Of a stretch of 64,000 nt of DNA, positions 26,601 to 38,206 are shown piece by piece. Position 1 is the stretch's first letter, and every line of letters begins with the position of its first letter. The DNA lies in contig OZ024753.1 in the NCBI GenBank assembly GCA_964016885.1, positions 26,784,001-26,848,000 on the forward strand. The letters run 5' to 3'. The position numbers and the translations under genes were made by a program. The stretch comes from Eledone cirrhosa (lineage: Eukaryota). The notes beneath the pieces are model-generated. The model saw nothing but the letters and a program-made list of their open reading frames with translations. It made no database searches and was not told where the DNA came from.

Positions 26601-27094
26601 AGGGACCCCGCCAAAAAGATCTGTCCCAGATGCGTGTGCGACAAGGAAACCGTTGCACACGCATTGGTACACTGCTCGGGCGTAGCCGATCTGTGGGGCT
26701 ATGTCGAACAACTGCTGTCAAGAGTGGGACCGATCCGGTTGACCACCGAGTCTATTGTAACGATCAACCCGCCCCCCCCCCCCCTTCCTTCAAAAATGAA
26801 GTAGAGGCGGTGTTTCTGTGCGTAATAGCCATTGGGAAAGAGGTTGTATGGTGGACGCGTCTGAAAGGACTGAGGTCAGGCACCTTTCTCTCTGGCCAAC
26901 AACTGGTCCGTTTCTTCCGATATCATTTCGGAAGAAGGATCAGGATGGAGAGAGAGGTGCTGCACCCCAGTCATTTTTATGAAAGGTGGGTGAAAGTGGC
27001 GAGAATGGCCCGTGTGAATGGGCCTTCTCTTTACATAAGCCTGTCGGTGGAAAAGAGGAAGGAACGAGGGAGCACCCTCTCTCTGTGCTCCTGA
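23645..27094 (+). pseudogene. Tx1 ORF2 (APE-RT-Cys finger), frameshifted near 23800, 25180 (deletion relative to copy A) and 26772-26784
   Basis: ORFs 23900..25321, 25188..26804 and 26630..27094; GDWN, YLDRF, SDH and YADD motifs. Confidence 0.88.
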
Positions 27095-27252
27095 GGAGAA
27101 GGGGTTGCACACTTTTTTATTGAGGACTTATTATTAAGTTTATTGTTAATTTTATATTTGTTATATATTTTCTTTACTCGCCTTTTCATGTAAACTCCCC
27201 CCATTGTACTTGTCCCACTTTTTGATGCCCTGGTGGCAAATAAAAAGAAACA

Positions 27253-27412
27253 TATCTCTGTGTAAATATAGAAGTGTATATAACTATAGTTCTCTAGCTA
27301 TCTCTCTGTAAATATAGAAGTGTATATCACTCTAGTTTTCTAGCTATCTCTGTGTAAGTATTACTATATTTCATATTACTATAGTTTTCTAGCCAACTCA
27401 GTGTAAATATTT
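27253..27412 (+). repeat. Terminal decaying monomers of the 46-bp satellite
   Basis: About 3-4 monomers fading into intronic sequence ~50 bp before the 3' splice site. Confidence 0.85.
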
Positions 27413-27463
27413 CATAATTATTCCATAATTCAACATGTAATCTACTATTTTGTTTTTTTGCAG

Positions 27464-27551
27464 GTCTGGTGGTGTGGAGGTATTTGCTCAACAAGGAAAA
27501 ATCAAAGTAGTCAATACTTTGGACAAAAGGCTAGACCTCATTAGCCAACAG
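27464..27551 (+). CDS. ATP6V1E: V-type proton ATPase subunit E, penultimate coding exon (SGGVEVFAQQGKIKVVNTLDKRLDLISQQ)
   Basis: TTTTTTTGCAG acceptor and GTAAG donor; 88-nt exon. The peptide resembles V-ATPase E (human [29 protein letters not shown], recalled). Confidence 0.92.
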
Positions 27552-28081
27552 GTAAGACAGCTTACTTCCTCTATCATATTAGAAATTTTAGGTACATTTC
27601 TTTATATTACATACTATGTTTATCATTTAAACCAGCCTAATCTGGCCAGAATTCTCTCCTCTTTCTGTTCAAACCAGCTGTAACCAGCCACTCATAATGA
27701 TGTTAAGGTATTGTTCTCAAAATAAATAATATCAAAATCTCATAGATTTGATATTATGTGAAAATACAATAGTATATATAGAGTAATGTAAATGTGTGAG
27801 TGTGTATGTATATATATATAGGATAACAAGGTATCGTTTAAGGTAATCTAGCTAGAGGTTATGAGTACTCTGTGTCGAGGGTAGTTTTAACATATGCCGT
27901 TGTTTGACTCAACAAGAAGTTTCCTTAGTCAGGTGGCTGGTTTAAGAAAGTTCCTAGGCAGGCGATTCTTGGTGTAATAATAGCAAAAGAATGAAGAATA
28001 ACATGTTCGACTGTACAATAGGGTTGTTCTTCATTCTTTTGCTATATATATATATATATATGTGTAAGCATTTTTTAATAC

Positions 28082-28279
28082 TTAAGGCTTTAGCATTCAC
28101 ATTTTTCAAGGTAAAGGTTTTATCTTACATAATTATCTCACATAATATTGAATCTATGAGATTTTGATATTATTTATTTTGATAACAATACCTTAACATC
28201 AGTATGAGTGGCCAGTTTGAACAGAAAGAGGTGAGAGTATTCTGGCCAGATATGGTCAGTTTAAATGCTAAAGGGTTAA
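28082..28279 (-). mobile_element. Short TTAA-bounded, piggyBac-like MITE; opposite-orientation copies at ~27625-27790 and ~28930-29134
   Basis: Ends ...CTAAAGGGTTAA; shared core TGTTAAGGTATTGTTCTCAAAATAAATAATATCAAAATCTCATAGATT. Confidence 0.6.
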
Positions 28280-28422
28280 GATAAACGGCAATTTTCAAAA
28301 CTTGTACTAAGAAAGAGGACAAGATGTATTTAATACCTGCTTTTATAGCAAGTTTATACAGATGTTTATCCCCTACCCACTTCAACTGTTATTACATGCA
28401 ATTGAAAAAGAAACCCACATTA

Positions 28423-28732
28423 TAATAATAATAATAATGAAATTGTGTACAGTGCTCAGGTGCACTACAACTCATCAAAGGTGCATGTATGGTACATAGA
28501 ATAATATACAAATGTCAGGGAAGTGAGTCATGATATACATGTGTGCATGTGTATGGGAGGGCAATATTAGGTGTAGTGTTGGCGAATCTCAGGAAGCATG
28601 GAGGTTCTAAAGGATGCAGTGTCTCGACAGCTAATAACTGATGCAGGTAGTTTGTTCAGTTATTAGCTGTTGAGACACTGCATCCTTTAAACCTCCATGC
28701 TTCCTGAGATTCGCCAACACTACACCTAATAT
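28423..28732 (-). mobile_element. Diverged CR1 3'-end fragment with an inverted duplication forming a ~77-bp hairpin
   Basis: Similar to 8304-8690; 28564-28641 is the inverse of 28656-28732. Confidence 0.8.
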
Positions 28733-29163
28733 TTATGAAATGACTCAATATATATTCTAAATTAATAATAATAATAATACAGATACATATAAGCAAGACA
28801 GGGCTCTGGACCTGACTTGTCTCATAATGTGACAACCTATCTAACCCATGTAAGTGTAGAAAATGGACATTAAACGATGATGATGATAATTAAGAATTTA
28901 GATAAATACTTTAAAAAATAATGTTTGTTTAATCATTTAGTATTTAAACTGGCCGTATCTGGTCAGAATTCTCTCACTTCTTCCTGTTTAAACTGGCTGC
29001 TCATACTGTTGTTAAGGTATTGTTCTCAAAATAAATAATATCAAAATCTCATAGATTCGATATTATGTGAGGTAAAGCCTTTACTGTGAAAATACAATAA
29101 TAAATATAGAGTAATATAAATACTAAAGGGTTAATAATGTTTTCTTTGTCTTTTCCATTCCAG

Positions 29164-29226
29164 ATGTTGCCTCAGCTGAGAGAAATACTTTTTGCGAAGA
29201 ATGTTAATCGCAGATTCTTGAATTAA
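29164..29226 (+). CDS. ATP6V1E: V-type proton ATPase subunit E, last coding exon (MLPQLREILFAKNVNRRFLN*)
   Basis: Pyrimidine tract + CAG acceptor, in frame with the previous exon. Resembles the V-ATPase E C-terminus (human [20 protein letters not shown], recalled). Confidence 0.92.
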   Translation: MLPQLREILFAKNVNRRFLN

Positions 29227-30149
29227 TTACCTTTTTTTCAATTGACTTTTCAAAAGCATTCCGTTAATTATAATCACTAGTCAGATAAAATGGCATTTAT
29301 TATTGAAACCATTATTATTATTTTATATTATATCAAGTCAGTCTGATTAATTCTGGACATTATACATATCTATTATTAGTCTTCATTGTTTTGGAAATTG
29401 GTTGAATCAGAAAAAAAATGTGTGTGTATATATAAATATGTATACACGTGTGAGTGTGACTACGTATGTATGACCTAATGATCAATAAGAGGAGAGAGTG
29501 CTCTGTATCCAGCAGTAGAGCTAATAATGTTTACTTATAACTTGTACTGCACAATATAACATCATTGGCTACCAATGGTTTCATAACCTGACAGAGCTTA
29601 CATAATATGCAAACGTTGTCTGTTGTGTGCACAAGTTATAAGTAAATATACATATATTACTCTATCACGCGTTCCAGCCGACAAGCTGAGGCCATGCTGG
29701 GGCACCATGATTATATATGTGTGTGTATATACATATATATGTATATATAATTTCCTTTTTGATTCTGCGTAAACTTTTCGTTTTTTCTTTCAACACAAAT
29801 TCTATTTTTCATTCAAATAATTTTCTGTCAAACAAAAATAAAAACCTTACATGATTTCTTTCTTTATTTTATTGTTTATGGTAAAATGAAATGTAAAAAG
29901 TGAATATTACCCTTTCCAGTAATTATCTAGATAATTAGCAATAATTATATTGATGGAATTAGTTTTCTATTTAATGTAAATCTTTTGTCACTTTCAAAGT
30001 CCATTGTTTGTTAAATTTGAAAATAAAAAATACTTGTTGATATCTGACCATGAATATATTGTTTTGTTTGAATTGCAGATAATTAATTTCAATCAAGTTT
30101 TCAAATTGGTGACAATATTGCTTGCTAATGAAATACAGATAGATTAGAC

Positions 30150-30535
30150 TTAGACGTAACACTGCCACGTCTTGAGACACATGAGGCAACCAAAGTGTTC
30201 CAATGTTCACCATGGTCAGTTGCATCTATAAATGCATCGTTCCAACTTTTCATCTACATTCAGGACCTGATTATCATGTCTTGAGACTTAGAAACTCTCA
30301 CGTCTTTGACACAGAGGCAACCAAATTACTCCAATGTCCACTACGGTCAGTTGCATCTATCAATACATCGTTCAAACGTTTGTTTTCTTAACGGGTTTTG
30401 TTAATGATGTACCCATCAGATCGCGAAAGCAATTAAAGTCATGTATGAGAACACTTCATGTCTTGTAATGATGCCAGAAGCTGCCACGTTTTGAGACACA
30501 TGAGGCAACCAAAGTGCTCCAGCAACCACTAAGGT
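30150..30535 (-). repeat. Tandemly repeated RTE-like 3'-end sequence; inverted paralog at ~58560-59130
   Basis: Repeats of GAGACACATGAGGCAACCAAAGTG; paralog encodes GRGRPKMNWCQTIERDL (58602..58784). Confidence 0.6.
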
Positions 30536-31888
30536 CATCATCATCATCATCATCATCACCGTTTTACGTCCGTTCTTCCACGCTAATATGGGTTAGATGG
30601 GTTGTCCTGTTGTGGGCAGTGTCTGGTCGGCTGACCATGCCTTGCTCATACAGGAACTGATTTGGCTTGATTTCTACAGCTGGATGCCCTTCCTAACACC
30701 AACCTCATTTACAGTGAGTGCTGGGTGCTTTTTCGTGGCGCCTACACGTCCACTTTACAGTGTGGGCTGGGTGCTTTTTTGCCGTGGCACCTCCATGACC
30801 ACCTTGCAGTGGGAAGGTGTGGGGGCATATTGTCTATATGCTTCAGCTTGTACCCATGGGAGGTCGGGTACTCTGTATTACTGCGTGACGCCAGAGGTCA
30901 CGGTCGTGTGTCATCGCCTTTGAGAGGTGTAATTGGGTAAGGTCGGCTTTTATCACCTCATCCCAGGTCATCTTGGGTCTCCCCACTCCGCGGTTTCCAT
31001 CGACTTCTAGTGCTCTGCACCTTTTTATGCAGCTGTCATCCTTCATACGCATCACATGTCCATACCAACGCATCCGCCTCTCCTGCACACAGCATTTGAT
31101 TCCTCTTATGCTCAGTCTCTCTCTCAATTCATTTATGCTTTGTCGTTCGCGTATATTACTATTACACATCCATCGGAGCATGCAGGCTTCGTTTCTCTCT
31201 AATCTACGTAAGTCTTCCACCTTCAGCGCCCACGTCTCACTACCATGTAACATTGCTGTTCGGATACACGCATCATACAGTCTGCCTTTCATTTTGATGG
31301 AGAAGCCTTTTGCAGCTAGCAGTGGTAGTAGTTCCCTGAACTTCTTCCATCCCGTTCTTACCCTAGTTATTGTACTTTTTGAACACCCACCTCCGCTGCT
31401 AATTCGGTCACCTAGGTAGTAGAAGCTGACTACTGTCTCTACAGAGCCCTCCCAGAGATTGGTGGTATTTGTTTCCTGTGGCTGTTTGCTGCCCCAGTAC
31501 AGCTGCTGCATGTGAAGCCTACATTCTTAATTAAGATTCCTGAGATCCCGCTACATCTCTTGTGTACCCATTGTTTGCATTTGGGGCAGAGAATGGAGTT
31601 CCTACCTACACCTTTCCTACATACTGAGCAAGGCCATTTCCCTGAGGGGATCTGGGTTCTGTTTTCTCGTCTACTTACAAGGACCTTAGTCTTTGTCATG
31701 TTGACTTTGAGACCCTTTCTTTCTAGTCCCTGCTTCCAAGTTTGGAATTTCTTCTCTAGTTCTACCATAGATTCAGCTATAAGTGCGAAGTCATCAGCAT
31801 ACAGGAGTGCCCATGGGCATCCGGTCTTAAACTCCTCCGTTATTGCCTGCAGGACTATGATGAACAGGAGAGGGCTAAGAACAGAGCC
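30536..31888 (-). mobile_element. 5'-truncated RTE-clade LINE with PHD-like finger and (TGA)n tail
   Basis: GSVLSPLLF, LLYADDFALIA, CSVC...CPKC..WVHKRC, MLHGSETW, RRMRWYGHV, GRPKMTW; (CAT)n at 30536-30557 on the + strand. Confidence 0.9.
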
Positions 31889-33849
31889 ATCGTTCCAACT
31901 TCTATTTTGTTGACGGGTCTCTGTCGATTGTCTGTCGCCAATTCATCTTGGGACACACTTTATTTCACGTTGCTCCTTGTCTGGATTTGCGATCGACAGA
32001 TAGCAAATAGCAATTGGAAAGAGTAATGGAAACATTGTTTCCTCGGTCCGATTTGACGAGCTCTACCCGACTCGTTAAACGAATGAAGTCTTGGATCTTG
32101 TTGATATATATATATATATATATATGCATGTGTGTGTGATGCATACAATTTACTGAAATAAAGTTTAGCATAGATTTTTTTGTCTGGCACCAGTACATTT
32201 GTGGACATCCTCTTCGCCTCTTTCCACAAGAGGTGGGTACCAATACAGATTTAAAAAGAACAGACTCTTTGGGTCCTACTCTCTCTTTCGACCAAACCAG
32301 CGAAGTTCTTTACATCAACAGAAATATGGTAAATACAACTTTAATAATACTTTTACAAACAAACCCATCTTAACAAAAAACGTCACACGATTCATCTATG
32401 TTCATTTCTTTCTTCCTCGTATTTTCATATAACTTCGGCGTAAATTATATTTAATAAATTAGAAACATACCGGCTTTGTGATATTGTTGTTTCTTTTATA
32501 TATTTCATTTTCTGTGTGATCAAGGAACCAACATATCTTAATAATGAACACTCATTTCATTTTTTCTTTTTACACTTTCACTCGCTATATATATATATCA
32601 ATAAAAAATCCGAGGTCATATTTATTTGGTTTTGGTTTATTAAAATCCGTAATTTCACAACCGACAGATCATTATGTAGTCTGCACACCCTTGTTTAATT
32701 GTCAATGTATAAGTTTAAAAATTTTTATTGACAGCGTATGTAAATGATTTTCATAGTTTTTCTTATTTCATTTTTCTTACAGAGTCCAGCCTTCTCGGTC
32801 AGATGCTGTGTTGTTTGCCGTAACCACTGAGGGAATGTTTTTACAAGTCAAAGTTTTTTGAACAGTGATGAAGTGTCTGTTAATAAAAAAAATGTTTACA
32901 TATTATTTACGAAATGTAGGAAAAAAGATTTTAATAAAAAAATCCTTACACATTATTTACGAGTTGTGTTCAGTATATTTTGACAAAAACTATATTAAAA
33001 TTTCTACATATTGTATACGAGTTGTGTTGTTACTTTGACAATGAAAAAAATTAGCCTAATAAATGGCTTCTAATTACTTCTCTTTGTAAAAAGTAAAGAG
33101 AAGCTACTCTTCAGCATTTTTCTTCCATTCAATCGCAGAAGGGGCCGGGCCCCCGTTAATTTTTTATTTTATTTCTCCACTTTAGCGACATCAGTTCCCC
33201 GATCCAGGCTCTTAAACATGCATGAGTATCTGATGTCTCTAAAGTGAAGAAATAAAAAAAAAAATGGCGTCCCGGTTCATAAATTTTTTTTTAGACATTT
33301 TCAAAAACATTCTTAGCTTCTTTATTTATAAACTTCATATACACTTACGTTCTTTAGAGTACGTCTTACTCAGTTTCTTGAAGGCTCTTGATTTCTTTAT
33401 TCATTTTTGGCAAAATAAACTGTATATAATATGTAATTTTTCCTTTATTAACAGAAACTACGCCATTCCCACTTGTTACGGCAAACAACACAGCATATCA
33501 ACTTGAAGGCTGGACATCTGTAAAAAGAAATGAAAGTCATTTACATACGTTATCAATAAAAAGAATATTAAACTTTATAAAATTCACCCGATTTTGTCTT
33601 TTCTTATATATATATTTAAATAGAGGAAACTAAGAATGTATATGAAGTTTCTTAAAGAAAGAAAATAAGAATGGTTATTGGTTATGTAGATTAACAGTTA
33701 AAGCGATATCGATCTGGTTAATATTTGATTACGATGATGATATCTAACAAAAAAACAACAGCAACAACTAAGAATCTAGACGAGTTTCTAAAGAAAGAAA
33801 CTTCATCTACATTCTTAATTGTTTTTTAGGAATGACAATGACGAAAAAA

Positions 33850-35590
33850 GAAACTAAGAATGTAAATGAAGTGTTGAAAAGGAACAAAGAAAGTAAATGA
33901 ACTTTCGTAAGAAGAAAGTAAGAATGTAAATGGTTCTATGTTACGTGGGTTAAAGTGATATCGATCTAGTTAACACTGATCAACAGTTAAGTATCGAAAA
34001 GGAAAAAAGAATGTAAATGGTTCCATGTTACGTGTGTTAATTTGATATCAATCTAGTTAACACTAATTAACAGTTAAGTGTTGAAAAGGAACAAAGAATC
34101 GTAAGAAGAATGTAAATGATTCTATGTTACGTGGGTTAATGTGATATCGATCTAGTTAACACTAACTAACAGTTAAGTGTTGAAAAGGAACAAAGAATCG
34201 TAAGAAGAAACTAAGAATGTAAATGGTTCTATGTGATATCGATCTAGTTAACACTGACTAACAGTAAAGATTTGAAAAGGAACAAAGAATCGTAAGAAGA
34301 ATGTAAATGGTTCTATGTTACGTGGGTTAATGTGATATCGATCGAGTTAACACTAACTAACAGTTAAGTGTTGAAAAAGAACGAAGAACCGTAAGAAGAA
34401 ACTAAGAATGTAAATGAAGTGTTGAAAAGGAACAAAGAAAGTAAATAAACTTTCGTAAGAAGAAACTAAGAATGTAAATGGTTCTATGTTACGTGGGTTA
34501 AAGTGATATCGATCTAGTTAACACTGATCAACAGTTAAGTATCGAAAAGGAACAAAGAATGTAAATGGTTCTATGTTACGTGTGTTAATTTGATATCAAT
34601 CTAGTTAACACTAATTAACAGTTAAGTGTTGAAAAGGAACAAAGAATCGTAAGAAGAATGTAAATGATTCTATGTTACGTGGGTTAATGTGATATCGATC
34701 TAGTTAACACTGATCAACAGTTAAGTGTTGAAAAGGAACAAAGAATCGTAAGAAGAAACTAAGAATGTAAATGGTTCTATGTTACGTGGGTTAATTTGAT
34801 ATCGATCTAGTTAACACTAACTAATAGTTAAGTGTTGAAAAGGAACAAAGAATCGTAAGAAGAATGTAAATGGTTCTATGTTACGTGGGTTAATGTGATA
34901 TCGATCTAGGGCGATATCCAATTTTAGCGGCCTAAATGCCGCTTACTTGCTGTAGTTGCTGCTTACTTCAATGTATGAGGCTATTCCAACAAATTTACAT
35001 TCCCCTTTTTTTAGCCGTTAAAAGAAATATAGATTTATTTATTGTTTTTTTTTTTTGCGATTTATTTGCCACTGGGGCATAGATTTCTTTATTTGCCACG
35101 TTTTTGTTTGTTTGTTTTTTTGCGATTTAATAGCCTTTTGGGGTCCCCCCCCCCCCCCCCCCGTAGAAAGTGTGCGACCTTTCTGCCAGGGAGCACAGAG
35201 AGAGGGGGTGCTCCCTTCTTCTCTTACCTGTACAAACCATTTGTTGGCCGGCGACATATCCCCACAGTTTCCTCGTTCTGCGAATGTAAATTTGTTGGAA
35301 TAGCCTCATACATTGAAGTAAGCAGCAACTACAGCAAGTAAGCGGCATTTAGGCCGCTAAAATTGGATATCGCCCGATCTAGTTAACACTAACTAACAGT
35401 TAAGTGTTGAAAATGAACGAAGAACCGTAAGAAGCTAAGAATGTAAATGGTTCTATGTTACGTGGGTTAAAGTGATATCGATCTAGTTAACACTGATCAA
35501 CAGTTAAGTGTTGAAAAGGAACAAAGAATGTAAATGTTTCTATGTGATATCGATCTAGTTAACACTAACTAACAGTTAAGTGTTGAAAAT
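33850..35590 (+). repeat. Second tandem array (~80-105-bp units: AAGAATGTAAATGGTTCTATGTTACGTGGGTTAAAGTGATATCGATCTAGTTAACAC...); paralog at 44370-45320
   Basis: More than a dozen visible units. Confidence 0.92.
34909..35375. mobile_element. MITE-like element with 94-bp perfect TIRs and 6-bp TSD (GATCTA), carrying a Tx1-like 3' end
   Basis: 34909-35002 is the reverse complement of 35282-35375; GATCTA at 34903-34908 and 35376-35381. Confidence 0.9.
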
Positions 35591-35591
35591 T

Positions 35592-35900
35592 GTGAGATTG
35601 TGTCGCTGCATGTGGCATCCCAGACGAGAGGTTTACCACCGTGGAACGGGAAGATGGTCATGACATCTGGCCTGTTGCCGTCCCCTCGGTCCAACTAGGA
35701 AGGAAAGCCTGCAGCATCCAAGCCATGCTTGATGACCTCGTTGAGAGCAGCATAGCGTGGTAGGCGACCAGCACTGTAGCGACATTTGTAAGGTGGTCTG
35801 TTGCCATCCAAGATCGTCAAACTTGATGTTGCATATCTCCTCAGTTGCCGCTCAGATACAAGTGTCAAGGTCAGCAAGGAGAGATGCATGGCATGGCTCT
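35592..35900 (-). mobile_element. CRE-clade non-LTR fragment (RLE region)
   Basis: CRYSAGRLPRYAALNEVIKHGLDAAGFPS; similar to 62830-63450. Confidence 0.65.
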
Positions 35901-36207
35901 AAGCAGGCACTGACTACAAAAAGTATGTCCTTAAACTGTTCCTTTCGCACTCTAAGCAGCACTTACTATGGTTTAGCTGGCCGTAGAGGATCCTACCAAA
36001 ATATTCCTTTGTCCTGTCTGTGCACTCACAATTGATGGACAACTATAAGTGCACTCATATATAAGCCAGACGACCCATGCAAGCGTGGGAGATACTATGG
36101 GACATTGACCCTGGTTTTACGTGGCCGTAGGAGATGCTATGTGAAGTATATGCCCTAAAACTGCTTCTTTCGCAATCTAAGCTTACGATGATCGTAGGAG
36201 ATACTCT

Positions 36208-36522
36208 GGGACATATACACTCTAAACAAGACTAGGATCCTATAGGACATATACACTCTAAACAAGACTAAGATCCTATGGGACATATACACTCTAAACA
36301 AGACTAAGATCCTATGGGACATATACACTCTAAACAAGACTAAGATCCTATAGGACATATACACCCTGAATAAAACTAAGATCCCATAGGACATATACAC
36401 CCTGAATAAAACTAAGATCCCATAGGACATATACACCCTGAATAAAAATAACATCCTATCTGACATACACCCTAAACAAAAATAACATCCTATCTGACAT
36501 ATACACCCTAAATAAAACTAAG
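36208..36522 (+). repeat. 36-bp minisatellite (GGACATATACACTCTAAACAAGACTAAGATCCTAT...), ~9 copies
   Basis: Direct reading; explains the repetitive ORF 36155..36466. Confidence 0.9.
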
Positions 36523-37009
36523 AGTGTAAATCAAGTTTCTAAAGAAAGAAACTAAGAATGTTACGCAAGTTAAAGCGATATCGATCTAGTTAACACTGAT
36601 CAACAGTTAATCTTTGATTACGGTGATCATATCTAAAAAAAATCGTCCAAAACTTACGATTATGGCCAAAACGAGTTATTTACAAACTTAAATGATAAAC
36701 AAAAATACGCTATTCGTGACAGGGGTGTTGTATTACATTAGAATGTAAGATATGACAGAAGCTAAACAAAACTAACGTTTAAATAATTATTACTGACATT
36801 ATGGAGGGCAATAAACAGAAACTGTTTCATAAAATAAAGCTTTACTTTACCTCCGCAAAAATAGTAAAATCCAAGTTTTTAACGTCTTTTATTCACGTTG
36901 GAAAACATGAAGTTCTTCCCGTGGCCATTTTATTTTTCCTAAACAGAGTTATCCGAAGTACGCATGCGCATTCTAAGTGGACATCAATGCGCATGCGCGA
37001 AGTATTTGT

Positions 37010-37125
37010 GTGATGTGGTCGGCCTTTACAATCGTGAGTTCGATTCTCAGACCAGGCTTTGCGTTGTGTTCTTGAGCAAGACACTTTATTTCAAGTTGCT
37101 CCGAATCACACAGCAGTAGAAATTA
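37010..37125 (+). mobile_element. tRNA-derived SINE head (B-box-like GAGTTCGATTC followed by TTGAGCAAGACACTTTATTTC); related copies at ~38590-38785(-), 39300-39415(-), 45372-45447(+), 59325-59412(+)
   Basis: Repeated motif with pol III B-box resemblance. Confidence 0.65.
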
Positions 37126-37421
37126 GTTGGACAACAAAAGGTTTCTAGCTACGTACAAGAGGACGTGTGTGCAAGAAATGAAGCTGCCATGCTTCGTTGT
37201 GTGTGTAAGAAATAGAGAAGATAATAAAAATGTAGCTGTATATAGAGGTATTTTCCTGTGTAGGGGGTTTATATATTTTTTTTTAGTAGAAAGTATAGAG
37301 GTTTGTATGTATGTCTCTAAAAAGAGAAGATAATAAAACGTATTTTTGTGTCTCGTGAATATCTGCTAGTGTTGACAAGGTTTACAACGTATTCAATAAA
37401 GAAAGATCTACAGAATGAGGT

Positions 37422-37603
37422 TGTAGCGGTTGTCTCCCTTGTTTTGATTAGGATCTAGACGGGAAGTAGAACCCTTTCTGCAACTTCCGGTCAGAACCCT
37501 ATAAAACTAACAACTTTACTATCTACCATTGTTAATTAAATATTATCTACAAACAAACAATGTATTCCTTGTTACATTCATACAACCCAGTATTCTCGCT
37601 ATA
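37422..37603 (+). mobile_element. Solo LTR (internally shortened) of the 13681 family with 4-bp TSD AGGT
   Basis: TGTAGCGG...CGCTATA; AGGT at 37418-21 and 37604-07; empty site in the paralog at 45725-45748. Confidence 0.9.
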
Positions 37604-38206
37604 AGGTTTATAGAGAGAAATTTGTGTTATATTTCTTAGAAGAGGTAACTTTATTTGTATGTGTATTTTTTTTTAGTTTATAAAGAAAGCATGTGTCGAG
37701 TGGATGAAGATGTACCAGAAAGCCACAGAAGATACATCTTCACATGAACACAATATCCAATGTGAGTGTATAGAGAGGTTTAGAGATAGCCCTAGTATAC
37801 AGCAAAGAAAACATTACATACTCTTTTACATGACCACAATATCCAATGTGAGTGTATAGAGAGGTTTAGAGATAGCCCTAGTATACAGCAAAGAAAACAT
37901 TACATACTCTTTTACATTAAAACAATATCCTATTGTGATTTATGTAAAAAAGACCAGTAATTTTCAAAAGGCCTCTACAATACGGTAGAAATATTTGAAT
38001 GTCAAATGATGACAAATGAAAGAAAATTAAGTAATATTTTATTCAGTGTATTTCTTCAAATATGGAGCTGAATCAGTTCTAAACAAAACAGTTAATGTCC
38101 TTATCCTCAACTGACTTGCTTGTATGCAATACGGTAATGAATTCTCAAATGCGTGTTAGAGACATGGAGGCCAGTTAAGGACTTGTTACCATATATATAT
38201 ATATAT

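Larger units (their letters stand above)
21713..27252 (+). mobile_element. Tx1/L1-clade LINE copy B, essentially full length (~5.5 kb), degenerate
   Basis: 5' UTR; ORF1 21927-23619 (broken; CCHC knuckle CYLCGTRGHLRAVC); ORF2 from ~23645 (MAMLRVGCLNAHGL) to 27094 with frameshifts; the same 3' terminus as copy A. Confidence 0.93.

Noticed and set aside
36155-36466. Repetitive protein (FRVYMSYRILVL)n
   Set aside because: Translation of a 36-bp minisatellite.
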